Part shown: positions 1-9,692 of the stretch, one piece after another
How positions within the stretch are numbered: the stretch's first letter is position 1
How the letters are laid out: the number at the start of each line of letters is the position of its first letter
From: an uncultured Clostridia bacterium
GTDB lineage: Bacteria > Bacillota > Clostridia > Christensenellales > CAG-314
Assembly (NCBI GenBank): GCA_947053925.1
Contig: CAMRUG010000003.1
Location: 64,205-128,204 of the forward strand
DNA: 64,000 nucleotides
Direction: 5' to 3'
The notes under the pieces: generated by a model
Database searches by the model: none
The model's input: only the letters and a program-made list of their open reading frames with translations
Told to the model about the DNA's origin: nothing
Translations under genes and position numbers: made by a program

Positions 1-670
1 TTAAAATATTTGCCGTATTTTCTATGTAGCAGACGTTTGTTCCAGTGCCGTATATATAACCCAGATACGCAGAATACTGTTTGTCCGAATTTGCCATTCC
101 GCCGAGAAGGGTGGCTACGGTGTCGTTGAGAATAACGATTTTACGCTCTGCGTTGTCGAACTTTTTGCAAGCGGACAGCGTCTCATATCCCACCTTTGTA
201 CCGATTACTTCGGGAGCGTTAACTTCTTTACTGAACATTACGACTTCGCCGTCAATGTCAGCGCCCATATTTACCTGATAGGAAAAACAAAAGCCTATAT
301 TAGTTGCACCGCTTAAATGTCCCTTTATTCTTTCCGCAATTGTGTCGTAAAATTCTTCCTTGCCAAAATGCGTTCCGTCCGAGGCGGGCATTTTGCTCTT
401 TTCCAACTTTTCGATAACGACTTTGCCGTTACCGTCAAAATAGCCTGTAGCAACGCGGAAATTAGTTCCGCCGGCATCTATCAATACGCGCCTGTCGTTA
501 TATTTAATCAACGAACGGTTAACGTCCATCAGATATGTGGGAATCATCGGCATACCGCCTGCGCCTTTGAGTCCCAAACCCATTTTATAAATAAAATCGT
601 CGATACGACTCTTTACTTCTATACTTTCCGCGCTTTGGTTATGTTTCTTTAAAAATTCCTTTGCCGTCAT
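1..670 (-). CDS. hexokinase-family sugar kinase (partial; C-terminus lies beyond the window start)
   Basis: Absent from the ORF track because it runs off the edge. My minus-strand translation from the ATG at 670 gives MTAKEFLKKHNQSAESIEVKSRIDDFIYKMGLGLKGAGGMPMIPTYLMDVNRSLIKYNDRRVLIDAGGTNFRVATGYFDGNGK. This contains the hexokinase DxGGTNFRV phosphate-binding signature. The ATG overlaps the stop of the upstream gene (ATGA). Confidence 0.8.
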   Translation of the reverse strand, partial: MTAKEFLKKHNQSAESIEVKSRIDDFIYKMGLGLKGAGGMPMIPTYLMDVNRSLIKYNDRRVLIDAGGTNFRVATGYFDGNGKVVIEKLEKSKMPASDGTHFGKEEFYDTIAERIKGHLSGATNIGFCFSYQVNMGADIDGEVVMFSKEVNAPEVIGTKVGYETLSACKKFDNAERKIVILNDTVATLLGGMANSDKQYSAYLGYIYGTGTNVCYIENTANIL

Positions 671-1611
671 AGTTTACCTTCCAAAAATTTATTGACGCTA
701 ACCTTAGAAATCAATCTCTGCTCTACCAGTTCGTCGACTTTTTTCTCGCGCAAAATATCCTGCTCAGTTCTGTCATCACAGTAGATATATACATTCGCCT
801 TAGTCAATTTGGTAACGTATCTGCCGCCGTTTTCTTTAATTAGTTTTACAATGCTGTACAACTGTTCCGAATCGGACAACTCAAGCGACCTTGCAAGGCA
901 AAATGCCGTATTGTTGTATTTATCGGATTTTTTAGCAATATCGGAAGCGTATTCTTTTATCTTAGCCCACGCTATCTGCGTTACGCGTTTTTTTGACACC
1001 TGTCCGTCCAACGACACGGGGCGTTCCATTTTAAAATTGTTGTTTACTCCCTTGCGGATGTTGTACTTTTCCAGTAATCCGTCAACAGACAAATTGCTTT
1101 CCTGCACTAGATACTTCAACGTCATCATAGTAGCATAGGCGTCTTCTTCCGAATTATGCTGAGTAAATTCAACCCCTATTTCCGCCGCTATCTTATCCAG
1201 TCCTCTTACATTCTTTTCGCCCTTGTATAACCTGTACAAAAGTTGAGAGCAAATAAATTCAAAGTTAATAGACGGCAACTTGTATCTTTTGCAAGCCTCG
1301 TTCAGCATCCTTACGTCGGCATCCACTGCGTGTCCTAAAACCGTATATTCGGAGTCTTCTAGCAGTACCTTGATTTTGCCGTAAACTTGTGAAAAATCGG
1401 GAGAAGAATCCAACAGTTTTTTATCTAAGTGCAAGTCTATACCCACGTTTTTACGCGTGCCGTTTAGGTTATACCGCGTTTTGGGATTTATCCAAACATT
1501 CTCTCGGCTCACAATATTAAACTGTCCGTCGGCAATTACTATACCTATACTGCATATACTTGACGGTTGATAACCGTTTGCCGCCTCTATGTCAAAAGCC
1601 AAATATTTCAT
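667..1611 (-). CDS. DEDDh (DnaQ-like) 3'-5' exonuclease domain protein
   Basis: N-terminal FDIE (ExoI), GHAVDADVRML (ExoII) and HNSEEDAYAT (ExoIII, H-x4-D) motifs. The C-terminal ~120 aa are of unknown function. Confidence 0.7.
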   Translation of the reverse strand: MKYLAFDIEAANGYQPSSICSIGIVIADGQFNIVSRENVWINPKTRYNLNGTRKNVGIDLHLDKKLLDSSPDFSQVYGKIKVLLEDSEYTVLGHAVDADVRMLNEACKRYKLPSINFEFICSQLLYRLYKGEKNVRGLDKIAAEIGVEFTQHNSEEDAYATMMTLKYLVQESNLSVDGLLEKYNIRKGVNNNFKMERPVSLDGQVSKKRVTQIAWAKIKEYASDIAKKSDKYNNTAFCLARSLELSDSEQLYSIVKLIKENGGRYVTKLTKANVYIYCDDRTEQDILREKKVDELVEQRLISKVSVNKFLEGKL

Positions 1612-1958
1612 AATTTTTACCTGGTTAATACTTTACCAAATTAACGGAAAAATAGCAACAATTAATTACATATTGAACAAGGCGCACTTAAAATATTTGC
1701 CCGGTTTTTTATTTTCGGCTTTACGCATTACGAAGTTAATAATTTCAGAATAATCTTTCGTCCAAAACGGAAAATCAAAGACAACGCCGCCCAACAGTTA
1801 CGAATTGCATTTGGGTAAAAACTCTGCAAAAAGGTAGAACCGACTACTGTTAAAAAAGTCCTGCCGCAAAAATTACAGCAAGACTAGTTTATTTTTAATT
1901 TGCAGTTTAATACATTAACAAATGCGGATATCGGCATATAAACAATCAAACAACAGTT

Positions 1959-2426
1959 TTACTTTTTGCGTTTTTGATCGTGAGTATTACTTTCGGCATC
2001 TAAAATAACGGACGGCAACATAGGTTGCGCTATAACAGGCAAATTGGATTGTTTTTTATTCTTGACGATAAACTTGATTGCTACTACTAACTGCCAAATA
2101 CCTACAGAAATTAAAAACGCAGCAAAACACATTCGCAAAATCTTGTTCGTCGCCATATCCGCACACAGCGCGCCCGCCACTGCCATAGCGACGGCAGGGA
2201 TAATTATCCACCAAATATGCCCTGTTTTGATTAGTTTGTTTTTAGCGTGAAAACCCAGAGCGACACAGCACATAGGTAAAAAACTTATTAAATTTATTGC
2301 TTGTATAGTCTTTTGCTCCAAATCTAAAAAAGACAACAGCGGCGTAAGCAATGTGCCGCCGCCCATTCCCATTCCGCCTATTATTCCCGAAAGAAAGCCG
2401 AACAAAATCAGTAAAAATATTTGCAT
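1959..2426 (-). CDS. TSUP (TauE/SafE) family membrane transporter, half-size
   Basis: MQIFLLILFGFLSGIIGGMGMGGGTLLTPLL is the typical glycine-rich TM1 of the TSUP family. I place the start at ATG 2426 (GGAGAA RBS upstream) rather than at the track start 2510. Confidence 0.65.
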   Translation of the reverse strand: MQIFLLILFGFLSGIIGGMGMGGGTLLTPLLSFLDLEQKTIQAINLISFLPMCCVALGFHAKNKLIKTGHIWWIIIPAVAMAVAGALCADMATNKILRMCFAAFLISVGIWQLVVAIKFIVKNKKQSNLPVIAQPMLPSVILDAESNTHDQKRKK

Positions 2427-2633
2427 ATTATTCTCCTTATCAGTTACGCGAACTCCGCAGCCGAAAACATTTGATTTCGACTTGATTTTTTTAGTAACAA
2501 CCGTCATCAAACATATTTAAAGAGAAACTAAACAGTTTTTTAAGCGGTTAAAATTTTAAACACTTATGCGTAACGGCGAAAAATTCATTACTCATATTTA
2601 ATTAAACAAAACAGCAAACGCAGGGTGGCGTTT

Positions 2634-2999
2634 TCAAAAAAACATCTTTATTCCGCCGGCAATTAAAACTATTGCAAATATAATCTTGATTACGTTGCTT
2701 TTAAGTTTTGAAAGCAATAATGCGCCTACGATGCCGCCCGTAACAACGCCAAGCGTTACCCACAGAGTAGGAGTCCAATCGACAAGACCCTTAAAAATAT
2801 ATACCGCCGCGCTTACGAGTGTAAGAGGCAGAATTACAAGCAATGCCGTAGCCTGAGCGTTTTTTTGATTGAGTTTAATAGCCGACAGCAGTAATGCGAC
2901 GACTATAACGCCTCCTCCGCCGCCTAAAAAGCCGTTTACAAAACCTGCAACAGCCGAAAATATCACTAAAATCCATTTGTTTTTGGCAGATAAATTCAT
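2634..2999 (-). CDS. TSUP (TauE/SafE) family membrane transporter, half-size
   Basis: VAGFVNGFLGGGGGVIVVALLL motif and about 4 TM segments. The likely start is ATG 2999, preceded by GGAG; the track start at 3011 is a TTG. Confidence 0.65.
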   Translation of the reverse strand: MNLSAKNKWILVIFSAVAGFVNGFLGGGGGVIVVALLLSAIKLNQKNAQATALLVILPLTLVSAAVYIFKGLVDWTPTLWVTLGVVTGGIVGALLLSKLKSNVIKIIFAIVLIAGGIKMFF

Positions 3000-3118
3000 T
3001 TTATTCTCCAAATTACGCTTTGTTTGTCTTAATTTGATTGACCTTTAATTTAGTTTGTATTAAAATGTCTTTATATATGTAAAAGTATGCTAATTTTACA
3101 ATGAGGTACTTATAAGTT

Positions 3119-5659
3119 ATGAACAAGAAAAATGCAACAAAATTCGTTATGTCGGAAAGCACAAAAAGAACGGTAATAATTACGGCTATATGTTTAGTGG
3201 CTGTAATCGTTATATCTATTGTTCTTGCAGTTATGTTAAAACCGACGATAATCGACCCTGACACTAACAATCCCGACAATACACCGTCGTCAAACCTGAC
3301 TATCAAAAACGGCGACTTTGCTATTGTAAGATCTGAAGACACAACTTACCCTATGAGCGCTCTTAACTGGACGAAATACGGTTACAAATCTCCCGAAGGA
3401 AGTTCTCACAACTTTGAAACAATTGGAACTACCGAAAAAGTTGTTATGGGTACGGTAGATACCTCCGAAGAGAATTGGTCTAAAGTAGTAGAAGATATTG
3501 CTATCGAAAGTATAACAAACGTATCAAATCCCGGTACTCCTAGCAGCAGTACTCAAAATGACAACGTTTATATGATTGCAACAAAAGAACCTTCTTCTGC
3601 AAGCATTATTTCGGACAGTTTCTCTATACCTGCCACAACATCTTCTAAAATTACAGTATGGCTTAACACCTATCAACTTAAAGAAGGTTCGACAGCCACA
3701 ATAATGATTCAAAAATACACCACTACGCCTAACGCGCTTGAAGAAAACCGCTATGCGTACAAATTTGACATTCCCAAATCGGAAAACGACGAATGGATTG
3801 CATACGAATTCCACGTATTCAACCGTCAAACGAGTTCTCAATCGGTTAGATGCAGTGTCGGTATCGGTAATGTTTACGAAGCAGACAAAGAGTCCGAAGG
3901 CATTTTGTTCATTGACGATATCGAATACGAAGCAATAACCGCTAACGATTACCGCGAATATGTTGATGCAGACGGAATCGATCCCGAAGACAAGTCGTAT
4001 TACGCTATTACCAAAGAAGATAAGAAAGATAACAAAAAGTCCGAATATCTTACTCTTGTAGCGCAAGGCTCTACGCAGGTAGAATTTTTAGATACGGCAG
4101 ATAAGTATCTTAACGAAGCTATCGTAGACGGCAAAAAATATTCTCCGTTTACCGTACGCGAAGATTACAACAGAGACGGTCAACCGAGCGGCTTTGGAAT
4201 TTACAAACTTACTAACGACGGTACTGTACGCACCCCGCAAGTTTTAGGACTCGATAGTTCCATTCATTTGCAGATAACGCCTAACACACAAGACTACCAT
4301 CATATAAGTTTTTGGGTAAGAACCGATTCTGACAAAAACGCTCTTGCAAAAGCAAAAGTTTATGTTCAAAGTAAAGCCGATTCCGAAACGGAATACACCA
4401 CGTTATCTAACGGGACTATAATTATTGAAACAAGTCAAGAAATAGTTACCGATACAAACAACGGCTGGACGAAGTACGATATTTACCTTAAACCCGCATA
4501 TACAGGTAACGAAATCCGTATTTTGTTCGCTTTCGGAGATATTGACGGTTATCCCGAGGAAACTGCAAAGTATGTTCCCAAAGGAACGATGTACGTTACA
4601 ACGCCCGAACACGAAGCAATTTCTTCCGACACGTACGAAAGCGCAAGCAACGGTACTTACGTTAAGACATACAGTTTGATAGGTTCTGTTGCTAGTACAA
4701 TAACGGCAAACGGTTCTTTCTCGACTCACACATCGTCAACCGAAAACCAACCTTCCAGTTGGACACCGGTTTTCGCAGGAGAAAACGCAATTTATAAAGA
4801 CGGACAAGGCGACCGTATCCCCTCCAACGTAAAAACAGACGTTAACGCCGTTCAGGGAAGCGGTATTGAATTTAACAGCCCGATTGCTTCTCTTATAGAC
4901 GACAATGCCAAAAACGTATTAAAGATTGTTACTAACGGCACAAGTTTCGGATATATATCCAATAATATCACGCTTTCAAAAAATACCGTTTACGCAATTT
5001 CCGTAATAGCAAAAGTCGAAAACGGACAAAAACCTTATATTTATCTTATCAATAACGATAAAGCAAGAGATGACGGCGCGATTATGGCAAGTGTAACCGA
5101 GCAGTACGCTTCGGACGCGAATATTGACAATACACTATTCGGAGATCCTACCAACGAACAAATGGGTAACGGTTGGGTACGCTACTATATAATTGTAGTT
5201 ACAGGAACTACTGCTCTTGAACACGTTCGCATTGCACTGTTCAACGGTTCAATCGAAGGCGACACGACAAATTCAACAGTATATTACGACGATGTTAAAC
5301 TAACGGCGCTCGGAACGTATTCTGTCGGCGAAGATACGGAAAATAAAGACGCTACCGAATATGCAGTAACGTGGAAAGAAAATGACGGCTATGGCGACTT
5401 GTTTGAAAAAATCAACGAAGAAACGGACAGATTTGAAGACTTGGGAGTAACGCTTGTTGAACCGACAGATGAAGAATGGAAAGAAATGAAGACCATTCCC
5501 GAAGACGAAGACGACAAGAGCGACGATACAAACAGTCCTATCAAAAAGAGAGAAGTTGACTATGCACTACTGTTTTCGATACTCTCCAGCGTAATCTTGG
5601 TTGCCGCGTTAGCAGTTGTAGTCGTTGTAAGAATCTTCAAAAAAAGAAAACAACAATAA
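3119..5659 (+). CDS. large membrane-anchored surface protein with repeated CBM4/9-like (NGDF/NGSF ... W) modules
   Basis: 846 aa. N-terminal TM (VIITAICLVAVIVISIVLAV) and C-terminal TM (ALLFSILSSVILVAALAVVVVV followed by RIFKKRKQQ). Internal segments begin IKNGDFAIV and ANGSFSTH, as in carbohydrate-binding jelly-roll modules. An acidic stalk precedes the C-terminal anchor. Confidence 0.45.
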   Translation: MNKKNATKFVMSESTKRTVIITAICLVAVIVISIVLAVMLKPTIIDPDTNNPDNTPSSNLTIKNGDFAIVRSEDTTYPMSALNWTKYGYKSPEGSSHNFETIGTTEKVVMGTVDTSEENWSKVVEDIAIESITNVSNPGTPSSSTQNDNVYMIATKEPSSASIISDSFSIPATTSSKITVWLNTYQLKEGSTATIMIQKYTTTPNALEENRYAYKFDIPKSENDEWIAYEFHVFNRQTSSQSVRCSVGIGNVYEADKESEGILFIDDIEYEAITANDYREYVDADGIDPEDKSYYAITKEDKKDNKKSEYLTLVAQGSTQVEFLDTADKYLNEAIVDGKKYSPFTVREDYNRDGQPSGFGIYKLTNDGTVRTPQVLGLDSSIHLQITPNTQDYHHISFWVRTDSDKNALAKAKVYVQSKADSETEYTTLSNGTIIIETSQEIVTDTNNGWTKYDIYLKPAYTGNEIRILFAFGDIDGYPEETAKYVPKGTMYVTTPEHEAISSDTYESASNGTYVKTYSLIGSVASTITANGSFSTHTSSTENQPSSWTPVFAGENAIYKDGQGDRIPSNVKTDVNAVQGSGIEFNSPIASLIDDNAKNVLKIVTNGTSFGYISNNITLSKNTVYAISVIAKVENGQKPYIYLINNDKARDDGAIMASVTEQYASDANIDNTLFGDPTNEQMGNGWVRYYIIVVTGTTALEHVRIALFNGSIEGDTTNSTVYYDDVKLTALGTYSVGEDTENKDATEYAVTWKENDGYGDLFEKINEETDRFEDLGVTLVEPTDEEWKEMKTIPEDEDDKSDDTNSPIKKREVDYALLFSILSSVILVAALAVVVVVRIFKKRKQQ

Positions 5660-5680
5660 TCAATAACCTATAAGTAAAAA

Positions 5681-5710
5681 GTTGCATTCAATCTAGAATG
5701 CAACTTTTTT
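5681..5710 (+). terminator. rho-independent terminator
   Basis: gttgcattc-aatcta-gaatgcaac stem-loop followed by TTTTTT, 20 nt after the stop of the 846-aa ORF. Confidence 0.75.
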
Positions 5711-5845
5711 ATTGTATACAGAAAACAAGCACGCTGTCTTGTTTTAAACATACAGCGCGCCGCGTTAACTCTTTACTGCAATATGCCTAAAAAATGCAGT
5801 TATTACCGTAATATTTGTTGTTATAAATTCGTCGGCATATAATTT

Positions 5846-6349
5846 TTAGCTCTGATTTATCAATGCAGCATAGACTAATTCCGAAACTTGAAGCGACGTA
5901 AGACCGTCTGTTTCTATTGCAATATCCTGCGCACAAAGGGCGTAAACGGCATTTCTTTGCGCTAAAATTTTGTCCAGCTCACTTATACTCAAATTATCGA
6001 ATAACGGCCGTGAAGTCCCGTCAAGGCGGTCAAAAACGGTTTTAGCGTTTACTTTAAGCCAAACAATGGTAGATTCTTTTGCCAACGCTTCAAATTCTTT
6101 AAGCGTTGCGCTACCGCCGCCGCAAGCGATTACTGTATTTTCGATACCGTAACACGAATCAAGCGCACGACTTTCAAAATTGCGGAATTCCTTTTCGCCG
6201 CATTCAGTAAAAATATCCTTTATCGAACAACCTGCCAACCGTGTTATTTCATCGTCTATATCTACAAAATCATACCCCAGTTTTTTTGCTAAAATTTTTC
6301 CTACGGACGTCTTGTATGAACAAGCAAAGCCTATTAAAACGATTTTCAT
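5846..6349 (-). CDS. aroK: shikimate kinase (non-canonical Walker A)
   Basis: 167 aa with overall AroK layout (MKIVLIGF...KTSVGKILAKKLGYDFVDIDDEI, ...GGG). Last gene of the aro operon; it overlaps aroQ by 4 nt. The P-loop reads GFACSYKT instead of GxxGxGK(S/T). Confidence 0.75.
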   Translation of the reverse strand: MKIVLIGFACSYKTSVGKILAKKLGYDFVDIDDEITRLAGCSIKDIFTECGEKEFRNFESRALDSCYGIENTVIACGGGSATLKEFEALAKESTIVWLKVNAKTVFDRLDGTSRPLFDNLSISELDKILAQRNAVYALCAQDIAIETDGLTSLQVSELVYAALINQS

Positions 6350-6780
6350 TGCGCAACACTCAACCTACTCACCAAATAATCTACGGCATCATAATAACTC
6401 TGTATACCCTTGCCGTAAAAACAAGCCGAGCAAACGTCGCGCAACACGTCCGTATGACGGAAGTTTTCACGCGCATATATATCCGACATATGCACTTCGA
6501 CAACTGGGATATCGATACATTCGATACAATCGCGCAAGGCATAACTGTAATGGCTGTATGCGCCCGCGTTAAAAATTATACCGGCACAGTTTGCTTGCTG
6601 TAAAATATTGACGAGCTTGCCCTCTTCGTTATTCTGCGCGCAAACAACTTCCGCACCTAAACGCTTGGCATATTCGGATACTTTTTTTTGCAAAGCGTCT
6701 AGTGTATCCGTTCCGTAAAACTCCGTTTTACGCTTGCCTAACATATTCATATTTACGCCGTTAAGCAGTAGTATTCTCAT
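6346..6780 (-). CDS. aroQ: type II 3-dehydroquinate dehydratase
   Basis: MRILLLNGVNMNMLGKRKTEFYG ... NAGAYSHYSYALRD ... VEVHMSDIYARENFRH are the hallmark AroQ motifs. Confidence 0.9.
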   Translation of the reverse strand: MRILLLNGVNMNMLGKRKTEFYGTDTLDALQKKVSEYAKRLGAEVVCAQNNEEGKLVNILQQANCAGIIFNAGAYSHYSYALRDCIECIDIPVVEVHMSDIYARENFRHTDVLRDVCSACFYGKGIQSYYDAVDYLVSRLSVAQ

Positions 6781-8774
6781 TTGTTTTTTTCTCCCAAACG
6801 CTTACTTTCAACATATTTTAAAAATCCGTCAAAATCGTCCTGAGTACGGGTATCCGTCCAAAGCGCAAAACTTTTTGCTCCCTGATGATACAGCATTTCC
6901 AATCCGCTTACAACAGGGATATGACGGCGGCGGGCTTTTTCGGCAAGTCCGCTATAACCCTTATAGTCTGCAACAAAAACAAACTCTGCGCTTTCAGGCA
7001 GTCCCATACCCTGTTCAAATTCGCACTCTGGAACAAAACTTAACACTCCGTACGGCTTTTCGAGTTGATTTTCCAGATTGTACTTTTCTGTCAGTTCTTC
7101 TGCGTGCAACGCCGTTCGGTTCAGTACTTTCATCTGTGCGTTATACAACTGCAATTCGATTATGCACCTTTCGGCGGCGCCTCCTGCGCCCACTATCAAT
7201 AATTGTTTGTTGCGTATATCTATTTTTCTGTTGAATAACGATTTTGTTATACCGTAACCGTCAGTTGACTGCGGAAGAATATTTTTACCCACGGTATTGA
7301 CCGAAACGCAATTTGATTCTAACAATTTTGAAACCCTGCGCTTAAAAGGCATTGTGATATTCAGCCCGTCGAATTTGTCTATAATTTCAAGTAATTTACC
7401 GTCGGAAATAACGTCTGACAGCGTAACTGCTTTGTATTCACAGGCAATATTTGAACCTCGCGACAAGTAACGCATAAGCACGGGAGACAAACTCGTACCG
7501 ACATCGCTGCCAATTAAACCGAACTTTAATACATTTAAACCCAGCGACTGATAAAACGCAGGGAATGAAACGTCAAACGGAGCGTCATCTATACTTCCGC
7601 CGCCGCAAGCGATTGACAAAACCGCTTGACACATTGCAATGCGGTGATCGCCGAAACTTGTAAATTCCGGCAAAACGGGGCGTTGACCGTTGGATATAAT
7701 TGTCAGGTCTTTACCGTCAAAAACCGCTTTTTGTCCGCATACCGCCGCAATATGCTCTATGGCGCGGATACGGTTACATTCCTTATTTTGCAATTCGGCA
7801 ACGTTACGGAAAACGTGCGTTCCCTTTATTAACATCGCCATACTTGCAAGCGCAGGAATTTCGTCTATGCCGTCGGCTACGTCCTGCTCATCGGCATACA
7901 GCGGATTTAAAATGCTATTTTCGACAACGATACTGCCGACTTCTTCGCCGAATTGCAAGCGGACGTTTTTTATCTTGATATTCGCTTCGCTCTTTGTCAA
8001 AACGTTTAAAAAGCCTATACGACTGTCGTTTAACAAAACGTTATCTACCGTTACTTCGCTGTTTGTAAGCAATGCCAACGCCACCAAATACGCGGCAGAC
8101 GAAACATCGTTCGGCACGGTAATATCAAACGCTTTTACAGTACTTTTAGTTACCGCCGCCGTTACGCCGTCCGTTTTGATATCTGCGCCGCAATAATCAA
8201 GTAACAATTCCGTATGGTTGCGCGTAGGTATACTTTCGACATACTGCGTTGTGCCGTCGGCAAACAGTCCTGCAATCAAAACCGCAGACTTAACCTGCGC
8301 TGAATTGACTTGGGCATAAAACGTATTGCCTCTGAGTTTTCCGCCGAGGCATTCAAACAAGCCGTCTTCGATTACAGAAATATCCGCACCCATAGTTTTT
8401 AAAGGAGTTACCACTCTGTCCATAGGGCGTCTGACAAGGGAATTATCCCCCGTAAATTTTGCTTTTACGCCAAGTCCTGCCACAAGCCCCGCAAGCAGCC
8501 GAGCCGTCGTTCCGCTGTTTTCGCAATCTAATACCACGTTGCCGTTTGGCTTTTTTATCGGGGTAACGGTTGCCGTCGTACCGTTTAGATTTATTGTCGC
8601 GCCCAACTTACGGAGGCATATGACGGTAGTCAAAACGTCTGAGCAAATTGACAAATTGCGAATGACGCTCTCTCTATCGGCAACAGACGCCAATATGAGC
8701 GCGCGGTGAGAGATTGATTTGTCTCCGCCTATATAGTCTGGGCAAAATTTAAATTGTCCGTTTAAGTTAAGCAT
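6777..8774 (-). CDS. aroA: bifunctional EPSP synthase / shikimate dehydrogenase (AroA-AroE fusion)
   Basis: The N-terminal ~420 aa carry the EPSP synthase motifs KSISHRALILASVA and ENSGTTARLLAGL. The C-terminal ~245 aa carry the shikimate dehydrogenase motifs GLIGSDVGTSLSPVLM, NITMPFK, VNTV and LIVGAGGAA. Confidence 0.85.
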   Translation of the reverse strand: MLNLNGQFKFCPDYIGGDKSISHRALILASVADRESVIRNLSICSDVLTTVICLRKLGATINLNGTTATVTPIKKPNGNVVLDCENSGTTARLLAGLVAGLGVKAKFTGDNSLVRRPMDRVVTPLKTMGADISVIEDGLFECLGGKLRGNTFYAQVNSAQVKSAVLIAGLFADGTTQYVESIPTRNHTELLLDYCGADIKTDGVTAAVTKSTVKAFDITVPNDVSSAAYLVALALLTNSEVTVDNVLLNDSRIGFLNVLTKSEANIKIKNVRLQFGEEVGSIVVENSILNPLYADEQDVADGIDEIPALASMAMLIKGTHVFRNVAELQNKECNRIRAIEHIAAVCGQKAVFDGKDLTIISNGQRPVLPEFTSFGDHRIAMCQAVLSIACGGGSIDDAPFDVSFPAFYQSLGLNVLKFGLIGSDVGTSLSPVLMRYLSRGSNIACEYKAVTLSDVISDGKLLEIIDKFDGLNITMPFKRRVSKLLESNCVSVNTVGKNILPQSTDGYGITKSLFNRKIDIRNKQLLIVGAGGAAERCIIELQLYNAQMKVLNRTALHAEELTEKYNLENQLEKPYGVLSFVPECEFEQGMGLPESAEFVFVADYKGYSGLAEKARRRHIPVVSGLEMLYHQGAKSFALWTDTRTQDDFDGFLKYVESKRLGEKNK

Positions 8775-8792
8775 TGTTCCTTTCCTTAGTAA

Positions 8793-9692
8793 TTATAATA
8801 ACGATTTGACGGTATCTAACGGCAAACAAACGGTTTCAAATTTATCGGGTAAAACAAATGAAATATTGCCGTCGGTGTTTTTCTTGTCGTTTGACGTCAA
8901 ATTCAAAATTTCGTCTGTCAAAGGATACACCGTAAAACGTGTTAGTATTTCCCGCTGCCATTTGTCTAAATAATTTTTGGTACATAATTTCAGTTTGTAT
9001 GCAAGCAACGTTTCGTAATACAAGCCGTTTGCAACCGCCTCGCCGTGCGTGAGATTTAAAGACAATTCCATAGCGTGCCCTACTGTATGTCCGAAGTTAA
9101 GTTTGCGCCTAATGCCCAAATCGTACATATCGGCATTGCACAATTCCGTTTTGTAACTTACGCACGCTTTGATTAAATCAAGCATATCCTTTCCGCACGC
9201 ATTATCGATTCCTGCGCTTAACATACGGTATTTTAAAAGTTCGCCCTGTCCGTCCGTTAATTGCCTTTTACTAAGCGTTTTTAAAAAATCAGTATCTATA
9301 TTGACATCGGCATTGTAAAACGAGCCTACGGCGTTTTTTACCGTTCCCAAGTTTATTGCAGTTTTGCCGCCGATAGCGGCGTCTATTTGCGCAACAAGAG
9401 TGGTCGGCACAACCGTCAAATTTACGCCGCGCTTATATACGCTTGCCGCAAAACCTACAACGTCGCTTACGCTGCCGCCGCCTACCGCAACAATGCGTCC
9501 TTGTCGCTCAAGGTTTTTACTCAAAAACCACTCGCAAAGTTTTTCGACATAACAAAAACTCTTTGCTTGTTCTCCCTGCGGCAATAAGTAAACGTTGTCG
9601 CTTGCTATTCCGTAAAGACCGCTCAACTTTTCATCGGTAACAATCAAATAATCTTTGTAATCGTTTAAATTGAATTTTTTGAAATTTACCAT
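8793..9692 (-). CDS. aroB: 3-dehydroquinate synthase (short form, 299 aa)
   Basis: GGGSVSDVVGFAASVYKRGVNLTVVPTTLVAQIDAAIGGKTAINL and HTVGHAME motifs, in aro operon context. Confidence 0.8.
   Translation of the reverse strand: MVNFKKFNLNDYKDYLIVTDEKLSGLYGIASDNVYLLPQGEQAKSFCYVEKLCEWFLSKNLERQGRIVAVGGGSVSDVVGFAASVYKRGVNLTVVPTTLVAQIDAAIGGKTAINLGTVKNAVGSFYNADVNIDTDFLKTLSKRQLTDGQGELLKYRMLSAGIDNACGKDMLDLIKACVSYKTELCNADMYDLGIRRKLNFGHTVGHAMELSLNLTHGEAVANGLYYETLLAYKLKLCTKNYLDKWQREILTRFTVYPLTDEILNLTSNDKKNTDGNISFVLPDKFETVCLPLDTVKSLL

Noticed and set aside
81-652. Plus-strand ORFs 81-278 and 317-652
   Set aside because: They lie antisense to a much better minus-strand frame carrying the hexokinase DxGGTNFRV signature. 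They have no RBS or motifs.
3013-3342. 109-aa minus-strand ORF overlapping the start of the 846-aa surface protein
   Set aside because: It is antisense to a well-supported long ORF and its upstream region. It has no RBS and a hydrophobic, low-information sequence.
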